Positions 34,832 through 44,471 of a stretch of 64,000 bases of DNA are shown here, in pieces (position 1 is the first letter of the stretch; each line of letters starts with the position of its first letter). The translations under genes and the position numbers were made by a program. The notes under the pieces were generated by a model. That model did not search any database, was not told the origin of the DNA, and saw only the letters and a program-made list of their open reading frames with translations. The stretch comes from Candidatus Eiseniibacteriota bacterium (GTDB lineage: Bacteria > Eisenbacteria > RBG-16-71-46 > CAZAMP01): the NCBI GenBank assembly GCA_965224245.1, contig OZ245046.1:5504001-5568000 (forward strand). The letters are read 5' to 3'.

Positions 34832-35290
34832 CTACCCGCCGAACCCGACGTCGTGGTGCGCGACTCTGAGCGTATGGCCGGCACCTCCATCCTCACAGCT
34901 CGGTCCTGCCCCTCCGGGATCAGGAGGTATCCAGCTGGCCTCCCCCGGGTTGCCCTGCGGGTCATAATCGCAGGTGTACGAGTGGTGTGACGAGTATGTC
35001 TCCGTCACGTCGACCTCCACCTCGTCGTTCTCCTGCAGGTACACGGTGAAGTCGAACTCGCCGTTTGCATCCGTCGTGCCGTTGAACACCGCCAGCGTGT
35101 TCACCCCGCGCTTGTGCGTCACCGTGATGGAGGCGCCGACGAGATCATACAGATACCCCCCGCCGCTCGGATCGCAGGATATGGCGTACACGGTCAGGTC
35201 CGTCGTCTCTTCCTCGTCGGCCCGGATGACGTGAGTGACGACCACGGCGCAAAGCGCCATCGTGACCGCGAGGGCCGCTCTCCTGAGCAT
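34832..35290 (-). CDS. Small secreted beta-sandwich protein (152 aa)
   Basis: AGGAGG RBS, signal peptide, GASITVT...GTTDANGEFDFTV (carboxypeptidase-regulatory/Ig-like pattern). Confidence 0.75.
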   Translation of the reverse strand: MLRRAALAVTMALCAVVVTHVIRADEEETTDLTVYAISCDPSGGGYLYDLVGASITVTHKRGVNTLAVFNGTTDANGEFDFTVYLQENDEVEVDVTETYSSHHSYTCDYDPQGNPGEASWIPPDPGGAGPSCEDGGAGHTLRVAHHDVGFGG

Positions 35291-35314
35291 TCTCGTACCT
35301 CCTGTGTTGCGACT

Positions 35315-36940
35315 TCAATCGGTCCACTCGATACCCAGCTTCTCGATCCGACGGGCGAGGGAGTTCCGGTGAATCCCGAGCATGCGTGCGGCCTTGGACT
35401 TGTTGCCACCCGCGCGCCTCAGGGCCTGAACGATCGTCTCCCTCTCCCGCGTGGAGAGGGGCTCGATCTCGGGGCCGGCGACCGGTGTGGCCTTCCCGGT
35501 GTCCGGCTCGTCCAGCGTGGTCAGGAACTCGCGTGCGTCGTCGACGTCGATGCGCGTCCGGTTCGACATGACGAGAACGCGCTGGATGAAGTTCTCGAGC
35601 TCGCGGACGTTGCCCCTCCACGACTGGCGCTCCAGGAACGCGATGGCCTCGGGCGTGAACACGGGGGCCGCCGAGCGGGCCAGCCCCGCGTGCTTGCTGC
35701 AGAAGTGCGCGATCAGCGTCGGGACGTCACCGGTACGCGCGCGCAGCGGGGGGATGTCGATCTCGAGCACGTCCATCCGGTAGAAGAGGTCCTCGCGAAA
35801 CCGCCCCTCGCGGACGGCCGCGCGCAGGTCGCGGCTGGTGGCGGTGATCAGACGCACGTCGGCCGGATGCTGCTCGTCACTGCCGACCGGTCGGACGACA
35901 CCCTCCTCGATCACCCGCAGGAGCTTGGCCTGAAGCGGCCCCGACAGCTCGGCCACCTCGTCGAGAAAGAGGACCCCCTTGTCGGCCAGACGAAAGAGCC
36001 CCGGTGCGTTTCGATGGGCTCCGGAGAAGGCGCCCTTCACGTGCCCGAAGAAGATGCTCTCCATCAGCTCCTCGGGGATCGCCGCGCAGTTGTACGACTG
36101 GAATGCCCGGAGCGCTCTCGGGCTCGACTCGTGGATCGACTTGGCGATCAGCTCCTTTCCCGTGCCGCTCTCGCCGAGGAGCATCACCGGCATGTCGGTC
36201 GTGGCGGCGACGGCGGCCTGCTGGAGCACGGCGATCATCTCCGGAGAGACCGTGGCGATCCGGCCGAACGCATCGAGCGAGCCCACCTTCTGCTTCAAGA
36301 GGGCGTTGTCGTGCCGGAGGTCGCCGAGCAGGCGCGCGTTCTCGAGCGCGACCGCCGCCAGCGACGCGAATGCCTCCAGGAACCGCCTCGCGTGAGCCGG
36401 GAACGCGCGCGCGCGGTCGTTGTCCACGTAGAGGATGCCCGTCGTGCGGCCTCTGAACACCAGCGGCGCACAGACGAGCGAGCGGACCCGGCTGAGCCTG
36501 ACGCTGGGGACGTCGCGAAGCCTCGGCTCGAGTCGCGTGTCGTCCGAGACGACCGCCTCGCCCCGGCGAGCGAGCTGGAGCACGGTCCGGCTGATCGTCT
36601 CCAGATCGGCCAGGTCCGATCGAGACACATCCCGGGCGGCGACCGGCACGAGCGAGTCGGCATCTTTCCTGGCCAGGAGCAGGACGCCGCGACCGGCCCC
36701 CACGGTCTCGATCGCCGTGTCGAGGATCTCGCGAACGAGGGACGAGAACTCGAGGTTCGAGGACACCGTGGCGGCGACGGCGGTCAGGGCGTCGAATGCG
36801 CGGACGGCGGACCACTCCTCGGCGCGATCCCGGTCGGACGTGTCCGCCGTGTCGCCGAGGCCGAGGTCGGCCTGTACGCTCTCGGCTTCATCGAGGGTAT
36901 CGAGGGGGTCGTCTTCGAATGGCCGCCGGTCGCCGATCAT
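35315..36940 (-). CDS. GAF-domain sigma-54 enhancer-binding protein (Fis-type HTH)
   Basis: GAF (RSLVCAPL...GILYVDN), GESGTGKE, GAFSGA, FLDEV, FREDLFYR, WRGNVREL, GNKSKAARMLGI. Confidence 0.92.
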   Translation of the reverse strand: MIGDRRPFEDDPLDTLDEAESVQADLGLGDTADTSDRDRAEEWSAVRAFDALTAVAATVSSNLEFSSLVREILDTAIETVGAGRGVLLLARKDADSLVPVAARDVSRSDLADLETISRTVLQLARRGEAVVSDDTRLEPRLRDVPSVRLSRVRSLVCAPLVFRGRTTGILYVDNDRARAFPAHARRFLEAFASLAAVALENARLLGDLRHDNALLKQKVGSLDAFGRIATVSPEMIAVLQQAAVAATTDMPVMLLGESGTGKELIAKSIHESSPRALRAFQSYNCAAIPEELMESIFFGHVKGAFSGAHRNAPGLFRLADKGVLFLDEVAELSGPLQAKLLRVIEEGVVRPVGSDEQHPADVRLITATSRDLRAAVREGRFREDLFYRMDVLEIDIPPLRARTGDVPTLIAHFCSKHAGLARSAAPVFTPEAIAFLERQSWRGNVRELENFIQRVLVMSNRTRIDVDDAREFLTTLDEPDTGKATPVAGPEIEPLSTRERETIVQALRRAGGNKSKAARMLGIHRNSLARRIEKLGIEWTD

Positions 36941-39900
36941 GAGTCCTCCGTGAGTGCACTGGCCCTCTGGCGAAGCGCGTCGACGAGGAGGCCGTCGAAC
37001 CTCCGGGCACGCGCGACCCCGATCACGCGATCGATCTCGGAGAGCGCGTCCGCGGCACGTCCCTCGGACAGCCGGACACGGGCGCGGAGCAGACCGACCC
37101 GTCCTCGCGTGTAGCGATATCGGCCGACTCCCAGCGCGCGCTCGGCATCCTCGACGTCCCGGCGGACGCGGTCCAGGTACCCGACGTCACCGCGATCAGC
37201 ATACAGGCGCCACGCGATCCACGCGCGGTGATGGAGCAGGCGACCGGCCAGCTCCGGATCGGACAGCGAGGTGATGTCGGCGGCGTCGAGCGTCAGCTGC
37301 TCCAGGGCGCTCTCCGGGTCGTCATCGAGCTCCGCCGACAGGGCGCGCAGGCGACGCCGCATGGCGTCGATTCGCAGGTCCGATCCCCCGAGCGGGGTCT
37401 CCAGAAGCTCGGGCTGCTCGCGGAGAAAGGCGGTCCCGTCCAGATCGAGGACGCTCGTGGCCAGAAGATCCACCACGACCGCCGCCATGCTGGGCGAGGC
37501 GCTTCGCGCGGCGATGGAGGCGCGCTGGATGGACGCGAACGCCTCTCGCGCCACGCCTCGGTAGAGCCAGTAGGTTCCCATGAGGTGGTGAGTCGACGCG
37601 ATGGCGTCCGGTCGGCTCGTCAGCGGCACGAGCTCGGCCAGCTGCTCGAGGAGCGGGCGTGTGGCTTCGAGGTCGTCTCGACCCAGCGCGATGTGCGAAC
37701 GGATGTTGGCGATCTGGATGTTGCGGTCGGTCGTGTACCGCTCGTCGAGCAGGGCGGCGGCTCGCTCGGAGGCGCGCCACGCCTCCTCGAGGCGGCCGAG
37801 CCGGCTGAGAAGGTTCGAGAGGTTTCCGAGCAGAATCTGGGCGTCGCTCGGGCCGGGCGCGTGTCGCATCGCGTCTTCCAGCACCTCGACCGACCGATCG
37901 GGATCCACGTCGGACAGCATGATGGCGAGCGTCGTCCTGACGGCGAAGTACGGCCAGCCGGCATTCACCTCCGTGAGCTCGAAGGCACGAATGGCGTTCT
38001 CGACGGCCGAGTCGCGGTCGCCCTCGGCGAACGCGATCCAGGCCAGGACGTGTGGGACGAGCCCGGGGAAGAAGGCCGGCGGCGACGCGAAGCGAGACTG
38101 CAGTCGCGCGAGCACCTCGCGGGCCCGGTCGGTCTGGCCCCGTCCCATGGCCGCCATCGCGCACGCGTGGCAGGCGCCGGCGGCCCAGCGCTCGTCGCGG
38201 CCGTCCACCACGGTCTCGAAGATCTCGGCGGCCAGCGAGAAATCGATGGGAGCCAGCGCGCACGCGAGGTAATGAGCGAGACGTTGAGGGGTGAACGCGT
38301 CACTCAGTCGCCTCGACAGCACCGCCATGCGATCGAGTGCGTCAGCGCCGTCCTGGGCGTCGAACGCAGGATCCGGATACGCGAGAAGCTCGCGTAGCGT
38401 GGCATAGCTCTGCTCCGAGAAGGCGTGCTCGATCGCGCGCTCCAGATGCGCCCGCTCCCGAGCACCGTCCCCGAGCCGGCACGCCCGGTGGCTCGCCTCG
38501 AGCGCCGCCTCGCCATCCCCCTCGGCGGGAACGAGGTTCGCGTTCAGCCACTCGTCGACCGCCCTCTCGTTGCCGAGCGTGCGGCGGGCCGCCTCCCGGT
38601 GCCGGGGTGTCGGGAACACGAGCGTGTCGCCGTCGCGCACGAGATGTCCCTCGTCCGCCAGTCCCCCGAGCACGTCGGGATCCAAAAACGTCTCGAGGAG
38701 ATCTCGCGCGGTGCTCACGCGCACGCGACGACCCGCGTGCGCGAGCAACGCCATGGCGGCACGCATCGGCTCGTCGGCGTCGTCGGGGGCGGGCACGAGT
38801 GCCATGTCGTCGGTGACCGCGAGGTCGCCGCCGGCCGACGCCCCGAGCGTCCATGCAACTCCTCGCGGAGCGCCGTCGCGAGCAAGCGTGTCCTCGAGAG
38901 CACGCGCCGACGGCCTCCACCGGCTCTCGAACGCGGCATTCAGTCGCTCCGAGAATGCCCGCGCCTCCCGGCTCGGGAAGCCGAGGGACTGCACGACACA
39001 CTCGGTGAAGAACCACGAGCGAATCGGACGGAGCACGAACTGATCGGCCCCCGAGGCGCGAGGGCACACGCGGCGTGAGATGCGATCGGACGTCCACGTC
39101 GTGTCCGCTGCGGGGTCACCGATGCCGAGAATCGTCGGGTGGATCGTCGTGTTCATCATCTCGTCCAAGGTCGATCGGGCGTGCTCGCGGCCGAACCCCA
39201 GGTCCACGTAGCGGATCGGCTCATCGCGTCGATGTTGACGGATCGCAAACGTGGTCAAGAAGCGGGTGAGACCCGTGTCCGGGATGGCTTTCAGCAAGAC
39301 ACGTGCCGTTTGCCCGCGATCGGTCAGTGTTGCCCGAAGACGATGGATGTCCTCCCGGCGTCCGCGTAGTGCACCGCCGCCCAGAACCGCCCGCTCGCGG
39401 ACGGTGCGCACCGGATCGAAGGCGCCCTCGACGGCGTCTCGCACCGCGCGCAGCGTCTCGAACCGCCGTGCCGGCCGGGCCTCGGTCATGCGCTCCAGGA
39501 GGGGCGCCCACGGCTCGCGGGCGGTCGCGTCGGGAAACGCGAGTCGCCACAGCACGCCGAGCGAGTACTGATCCGCACGCCCGTCCACGGCCCAGCCCCT
39601 GAGGATCTCCGGTGCGGCGTAGGGCGGCGTACCCGCGAGCCGATCGTGGTCGCGCGGGGCGAGGAGTCCGCTGTTCCACCGGGATGAGCCGAAGTCGAGG
39701 AGACGGATGCCCGGGTGGGACAAGCCTTCACACACGCGCGCGCCTGCACGCACGAAGCCGTCCCCAACCAGGAGATTCGAGGGTTTGACGTCCGCGTGCA
39801 CGATCCCGACCCGGTGAACGTGAAGGAGCTGATCGAGGATCTCGACGAACAGCCGAGGTCGCCCTGCGGCGTCGATCGCCTGCGCCACGGCCTCGAGCGC

Positions 39901-40167
39901 GACACCGTCCAGATGCTCCACGACAGCCCAGTGACGCCCGGCGTGATCGACGAACAGATCCAGCAGGTCCGGTCCGGTCCCGGGTGGAAGCGCAAGCAGC
40001 GTCGCACACTCGTGCAGGAGCGTCGTGCGATCGTCCGTCTTCAGGACGACGCGACGCCCGAGCAGCCGATCCTCGCCGAGGAGCGTCGTGCGACCGGACC
40101 GGCTGGAGAGGGCGCTCACCGAGGCGTAGCGCGAATCCCGCAGCTCGTGTTCGGCGGTGACGACCAC
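36937..40167 (-). CDS. Hanks-type Ser/Thr kinase with degenerate P-loop NTPase and TPR-like repeats
   Basis: VVLK, HADVKPSN, LLDFG, GTPPYAAPE, DQYSLG; LRGRREDI followed by degenerate Walker A (AIPDTGLT); helical repeats; ATGA overlap with the bEBP gene; GTG start after AAAGGTGG. Confidence 0.85.
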   Translation of the reverse strand: MVVTAEHELRDSRYASVSALSSRSGRTTLLGEDRLLGRRVVLKTDDRTTLLHECATLLALPPGTGPDLLDLFVDHAGRHWAVVEHLDGVALEAVAQAIDAAGRPRLFVEILDQLLHVHRVGIVHADVKPSNLLVGDGFVRAGARVCEGLSHPGIRLLDFGSSRWNSGLLAPRDHDRLAGTPPYAAPEILRGWAVDGRADQYSLGVLWRLAFPDATAREPWAPLLERMTEARPARRFETLRAVRDAVEGAFDPVRTVRERAVLGGGALRGRREDIHRLRATLTDRGQTARVLLKAIPDTGLTRFLTTFAIRQHRRDEPIRYVDLGFGREHARSTLDEMMNTTIHPTILGIGDPAADTTWTSDRISRRVCPRASGADQFVLRPIRSWFFTECVVQSLGFPSREARAFSERLNAAFESRWRPSARALEDTLARDGAPRGVAWTLGASAGGDLAVTDDMALVPAPDDADEPMRAAMALLAHAGRRVRVSTARDLLETFLDPDVLGGLADEGHLVRDGDTLVFPTPRHREAARRTLGNERAVDEWLNANLVPAEGDGEAALEASHRACRLGDGARERAHLERAIEHAFSEQSYATLRELLAYPDPAFDAQDGADALDRMAVLSRRLSDAFTPQRLAHYLACALAPIDFSLAAEIFETVVDGRDERWAAGACHACAMAAMGRGQTDRAREVLARLQSRFASPPAFFPGLVPHVLAWIAFAEGDRDSAVENAIRAFELTEVNAGWPYFAVRTTLAIMLSDVDPDRSVEVLEDAMRHAPGPSDAQILLGNLSNLLSRLGRLEEAWRASERAAALLDERYTTDRNIQIANIRSHIALGRDDLEATRPLLEQLAELVPLTSRPDAIASTHHLMGTYWLYRGVAREAFASIQRASIAARSASPSMAAVVVDLLATSVLDLDGTAFLREQPELLETPLGGSDLRIDAMRRRLRALSAELDDDPESALEQLTLDAADITSLSDPELAGRLLHHRAWIAWRLYADRGDVGYLDRVRRDVEDAERALGVGRYRYTRGRVGLLRARVRLSEGRAADALSEIDRVIGVARARRFDGLLVDALRQRASALTEDS

Positions 40168-40600
40168 GGCCCCACCTTTCGGCGACCTTGCATCGAGTGT
40201 GAAACCGCGGGCGCTTCCGCCGCGACGGGATCCGGGAGGGTGCACGTTTCAGGGCGAATCTGCTGCCCTGGGTTGGGCGGTTTTGCCCGGAATGCGGCGT
40301 TTCGGACCCGGGGACAGATCGCTCTCGATCGGGCGACGGGACGCTCACGTTCCGGAGCCGGGCTCGACCCCGACTATCCCCGATGGGAGACCCGGAGTGC
40401 AAGGGACGGGGCCGGCGCCCGGATCGCGTGGGGTGTGGTTGGACACCGCGTCCCGCGTGACACCGGTCGGATGCGCAGTGACGTCACGTCGGGACGCAGT
40501 GTCCGGACGGCCCGGTCCCGTGCTACCTCGGTAGCGACCGGCCGACTCGAGCGTGATGCCGGGCCGCGCGGAGGCGACGCAACCCGGCGAAGCGAGACGC

Positions 40601-41107
40601 CTAGATGAAGAGGATCTGGGCCCCCACGCACTCGTCGTAGAAGTCCATGGCCGTGATGACCGAGTCCACCTCCGGCACGAGCTCGGCGGCCCCGCGCTTG
40701 AACATGTCCATCGCCATCTGACACGCGAACAGCTTTGCGCCGCTGTCGTGCAAGATCTCGAGCATCTCGCGCACGGGGGGAGGGTCGAGCGTCGCCATCT
40801 GCTGCTCCCTGATCGTCGCGGTCAGGCTCTCCATGCCGGGCAGCCCACCCACGTACGTGGGGAGGTCCATGGCCGGATTGCCGGCCGGCGCGTGCAGATG
40901 GTCGACCGTCTTCTCGGTGACGACGTCGAGCCCCCAGAACGTGAAGAACAGCGTCGCGTCGATTCCGGACATCCGGGCGGCGTTCGCGAGGATCAGTCCC
41001 GGATAGACCATGTCGAGCGCGCCCTTGGAGATGATCAAGCTGATCTTCGTGACCGGCGCCGGCCGGGCTCGGTCGGCGGCGTCTCTCCGGGGCTCGGCGA
41101 GCGTCAT
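40601..41107 (-). CDS. DsrE2 (DsrE/DsrF/DrsH-like) sulfur carrier protein
   Basis: IISKGALDMVYPGLILA...FFTFWGL...FACQMAMDMF...QILFI. Confidence 0.88.
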   Translation of the reverse strand: MTLAEPRRDAADRARPAPVTKISLIISKGALDMVYPGLILANAARMSGIDATLFFTFWGLDVVTEKTVDHLHAPAGNPAMDLPTYVGGLPGMESLTATIREQQMATLDPPPVREMLEILHDSGAKLFACQMAMDMFKRGAAELVPEVDSVITAMDFYDECVGAQILFI

Positions 41108-41120
41108 CGGCGGATCTCCC

Positions 41121-41435
41121 TCACACGCAGGACTTCGGCTCCGGAAGCCCCGCGATCTTCGCGGCCAGCCTTCCCGGGCCGTTCGGGAACAGGCGGCGGA
41201 GCGTCTCGATCGACGTCCCCGACAGCTTCGCGATCCGGCGCAACCCCGGCGGTCGGCCCTCGCGAGCGGCGTCCTCGCGACAGAACGCGATCACGCTCCA
41301 GTGCTCGTCCGTCAGGGTGATACCCTCGTCGGCCGCGAGCTCGTCCGCCAGGTCGGGTGTCCAGTCGGAGCTGTGCACGAGGTATCCCTGATCGTCGACC
41401 TCCAGGGTGCCCGTCGCGGAGCGACGTGTGGGCAT
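41121..41435 (-). CDS. tusE: TusE/DsrC-family sulfur relay protein
   Basis: VDDQGYL...WTPDLA...LTDEHW...LFPNGPG...IAGLPEPKSCV; only the penultimate Cys is present. Confidence 0.88.
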   Translation of the reverse strand: MPTRRSATGTLEVDDQGYLVHSSDWTPDLADELAADEGITLTDEHWSVIAFCREDAAREGRPPGLRRIAKLSGTSIETLRRLFPNGPGRLAAKIAGLPEPKSCV

Positions 41436-41544
41436 CTCCCATCCCCTTTCGCACGTGTGGCCGGCTTCGTCGAGCGGCCGTGCCGTCTCTCATCCACGGT
41501 CGATCAGCGAGCTCTGCTCCCGGAGAGGCCATCCACGGGCCGGC

Positions 41545-41640
41545 GTCGGCAACACCAAAGACGAGGCACCCGCCCGAGAAGTCGCTCAGGGCGTCGGGCA
41601 GGGCGAGCACCCCGTCGAACCCGCACAGGTCGAGGATGGG
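41545..41640 (-). pseudogene. Possible relic fragment of sulfide:quinone oxidoreductase (sqr)
   Basis: Translates PILDLCGFDGVLALPDALSDFSGGCLVFGVAD, resembling the SQR segment (I)FDFYTLDGALALxxALxxFxGGRLVxxxAE as I recall it; positioned upstream of tusE-dsrE2. Confidence 0.45.
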
Positions 41641-41668
41641 CGCTGGCGGCCTCTTGACATCGGGACGT

Positions 41669-41685
41669 ATGCATCAGGCATGCCG
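41669..41685 (-). promoter_or_regulatory. sigma-54 (-24/-12) promoter for tusE-dsrE2
   Basis: Minus strand CGGCATGCCTGATGCAT has GG-N10-GC spacing and lies downstream of two palindromic sites and a bEBP gene. Confidence 0.68.
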
Positions 41686-41757
41686 GGCCCAGCGCTCGTG
41701 CCAGTTCGTTGAGTACGAACGGGTTGCGGATGGAGCCGAGATGGCGGTGCGGTCGCT

Positions 41758-41815
41758 TGGAACGAATCGTTGAAACGGTTCGTCACCCGGGAGTCGTGTG
41801 GAACGATTCGTTACA
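41758..41815. promoter_or_regulatory. Two palindromic upstream activator sequences
   Basis: TGGAACGAATCGTTGAA (41758-41774) and TGGAACGATTCGTTACA (41799-41815), 41 bp apart. Confidence 0.7.
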
Positions 41816-43169
41816 CGATGTCGCACTCTCGCATCCGGCGCCACAGCGTCGTGCGACTCATGCCCAGCGCGGTCGCGGTCCGACCCCGGTGCCAGTGGTG
41901 CTCGGCGAGGGCGCGAAGGAGCGCCGCCCGCTGCGGGTCGTCGTCGGCCGGCGCCGGTACCGCGCCGCGACATGGGTCGAGGCCCTCTCCGGCGCTCGCG
42001 CGTTCGGCGCCGGAGATCTCCCGCGGCAGATCCTCGGGGAGGATCGTCTGGCGCTCGCACACGGCGACCGCGTACTCCAGCGCATTCTCGAGCTCGCGGA
42101 CGTTCCCGGGCCACGAGTAATCGAGCAGCACACGGATCGCATCGGGTGAGAACCGCATCGCACGGCCCTGCCGCGCCGTGATCCGGGCCAGGAGACCGCG
42201 CGCGAGCGGCTCGATGTCGGCCCGCCGGTTGCGCAGGGGCGGGATCGCGATCGGCACCACGCGCAGCCGGTAGTAGAGATCCTCTCGGAATCGACCGGCC
42301 TCGACCTCGTTGACCAGATCACGGTTCGTGGCGGCCACGATCCGCGCGTTCGTCGTGCGGGTGATGCTCTCGCCGACGCGCTCGTAGGTGCGTTCCTGGA
42401 GTACACGCAGGAGCTTCACCTGAAGTGCGAGCGGGAGGTCGCCCACCTCGTCGAGAAACAGCGTTCCTCCCTCGGCGCGCTCGAAGCGGCCGACGCGGTT
42501 GCTGACGGCGCCGGTGAACGCGCCCCGGACGTGGCCGAACAGCTCGCTCTCCAGGAGATCGGGCGGAAGCGCCGCGCAGCTGACGGCGACGAACGGGCCG
42601 CGCGCGCGATGTGACACGCCGTGGATCGCGCGGGCCACCACTTCCTTTCCGGTTCCGCTCTCGCCGGTCAGCAGGATCGTGGCATCGCTCGACTTGAGGT
42701 TCTCGACCAGGCTCAGGATCCGTCCCATCTCCTGGGAGCGAGAGATCAGGCCCGGCAGATGCGCGGGGCCGCCCGCCTGGGGATCCTCTTCCGCCGCGCG
42801 AAGCACGACGACGTAGCGGGCGCGAGGATCGCACTCCCGCGCGGCGTCCAGAAGCGGCGCGGCGGAGACCGAGACCAGCCGGATCGGATGGCCGTCGCGG
42901 TGCAGCATCGCGCGCCAGCCCTCGCGCCGCTCCCCGGCCACCAGCGCGTGTCGCATGGCTCCGCTGGGCCCGAGCGGCTCGGGACCGAGGACGTCGGCGA
43001 TCGGCCGGCCGTCGAGGGCGACGTGCCCGTCCCCGCCGAGAAGCTCGCCCAGCGCCGGCGACGCGTGGATGACGTTGAACTCGGCGTCGAGGCACAGAAA
43101 GACGCGACCCAGCGACGCGAACGCCCCGCTGACCGCGGCCAGAACTTCGCCCTGTAGCGTGTCTTGCAT
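41811..43169 (-). CDS. PAS-like sensor sigma-54 enhancer-binding protein
   Basis: GESGTGKE, ESELFGHVRGAFTGA, FLDEVG, FREDLYYRL, WPGNVRELEN, LGMSRTTLWRRM. Confidence 0.92.
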   Translation of the reverse strand: MQDTLQGEVLAAVSGAFASLGRVFLCLDAEFNVIHASPALGELLGGDGHVALDGRPIADVLGPEPLGPSGAMRHALVAGERREGWRAMLHRDGHPIRLVSVSAAPLLDAARECDPRARYVVVLRAAEEDPQAGGPAHLPGLISRSQEMGRILSLVENLKSSDATILLTGESGTGKEVVARAIHGVSHRARGPFVAVSCAALPPDLLESELFGHVRGAFTGAVSNRVGRFERAEGGTLFLDEVGDLPLALQVKLLRVLQERTYERVGESITRTTNARIVAATNRDLVNEVEAGRFREDLYYRLRVVPIAIPPLRNRRADIEPLARGLLARITARQGRAMRFSPDAIRVLLDYSWPGNVRELENALEYAVAVCERQTILPEDLPREISGAERASAGEGLDPCRGAVPAPADDDPQRAALLRALAEHHWHRGRTATALGMSRTTLWRRMRECDIV

Positions 43170-43463
43170 CGCTGCGACTCGCTTTCCCCGCGCGGGCGGA
43201 TTCCGGCGCGGGCGAGGAGATTGACCCTGAATCCTATCGGAGCCCCACCGGGGCGGGATGTACGTAAAACCCGAAGTCCCATGCGGATGCGGTTGTGTCC
43301 GGGACGGGGGCTCGGACATTCTGCGACGACCGTGCATCCTTTCGAGGGGCCGGTCGTCAACATGAACGAGGATGCCGACGACCGGCGTCCCGTATCCGAC
43401 CACATCCGCGACGCGTCCGGATCGACCGCGATGAGACAGGCGTGAGGCGCGAGGAGGACCGAC

Positions 43464-44270
43464 ATGGAAACGCGCAGCCCAGACGAGATTCGCACGGCCG
43501 TCCGCGACCGCTACGGCGCCGTCGCCGAGGCCGATTCGGGAACGTGCTGTGGTCCGTCCTGCTGCGGTGACGCCACCGCCACCGACGGATCCACACTCGC
43601 AGACAAGTCCGCCGCGATGGGATACACGACCACCGAGATCGAGGGCGTGCCCGAGGGCGCGAACATGGGTCTCGGTTGCGGCAATCCCCAGGCCATCGCG
43701 TCGCTCCGCGCGGGCGAGACCGTGCTCGATCTCGGCGCCGGAGGGGGCTTCGACTGCTTCCTGGCCGCGCGCTCCGTTGGCGAGACCGGTCACGTCATCG
43801 GCGTCGACATGACGCCTCCGATGGTGACCAGGGCCCGCGCCAACGCCAGGCAGGCCGACGTGTCCAACGTGGAGTTCCGCCTCGGCGAGATTGAGCATCT
43901 CCCGGTCGCGGACGCGAGCGTCGACGTCGTGATCTCGAACTGCGTGATCAACCTCTCACCCGAGAAGGAGCAGGTCTTCCGCGAGGCGTTCCGCGTGCTC
44001 CGCCCCGGGGGACGGCTCGCGGTGTCGGACATCGTGGCGGTCGCGGAGATTCCCGACGCCATCCGCGAGAACATGGCCCTCTACACGGGCTGCATGGCCG
44101 GAGCGTCGCTGGTGTCCGACCTCGAGGCGATGCTGACGCGTGTGGGCTTCCAGAGCGTGCAGATACGGCCCCGTGAGGAGAGCCGCTCGATGGTGGGCAG
44201 CTGGGCGCCCGGCGAGCGTCTGGAGGACTACGTCCTGTCGGCGACGATCGAAGCTGAGCGCCCGACGTAG
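43464..44270 (+). CDS. arsM: Arsenite S-adenosylmethionine methyltransferase
   Basis: N-terminal CCGPSCC, GLGCGNP, LDLGAGGGFDC, ISNCVINLSPEK, GCMAGA; GAGGAGG RBS. Confidence 0.9.
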   Translation: METRSPDEIRTAVRDRYGAVAEADSGTCCGPSCCGDATATDGSTLADKSAAMGYTTTEIEGVPEGANMGLGCGNPQAIASLRAGETVLDLGAGGGFDCFLAARSVGETGHVIGVDMTPPMVTRARANARQADVSNVEFRLGEIEHLPVADASVDVVISNCVINLSPEKEQVFREAFRVLRPGGRLAVSDIVAVAEIPDAIRENMALYTGCMAGASLVSDLEAMLTRVGFQSVQIRPREESRSMVGSWAPGERLEDYVLSATIEAERPT

Positions 44271-44347
44271 CCCATCGGCACGGCCGGGGATCGCCGGCTC
44301 CCCGGTCGCACCCGTCCCCGAGGTGCGCGATAATCACGAGACACGCC

Positions 44348-44373
44348 GCCGCCTCACCGCCCGGTGAGGCGGC
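44348..44373 (+). terminator. Hairpin downstream of arsM
   Basis: GCCGCCTCACC-GCCC-GGTGAGGCGGC, 11-bp stem, no U-tract. Confidence 0.4.
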
Positions 44374-44471
44374 ACGATCGCGGCACGCGTCCCCCCGAAG
44401 CACGTGCCGGTCCGAGGGCCGCCTCGCGCCGTGATCCGCGTCGCGGGCCCCACACCACCAGGGAGACTCCG

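Noticed and set aside
41121-41435. Dissimilatory DsrC / sulfate reduction marker
   Set aside because: Only one C-terminal Cys and no dsrAB in the window; this fits a TusE-like carrier
41688-41703. TGGCAC on the minus strand as a sigma-54 promoter
   Set aside because: Gives GG-N10-GG with no -12 GC; the 41669-41685 site has the correct spacing
44370-44385. CGGCACGATCGCGGCA (GG-N10-GC) upstream of the DinB gene
   Set aside because: Weak -12 element, overlaps a hairpin, and is a plausible chance match in GC-rich DNA
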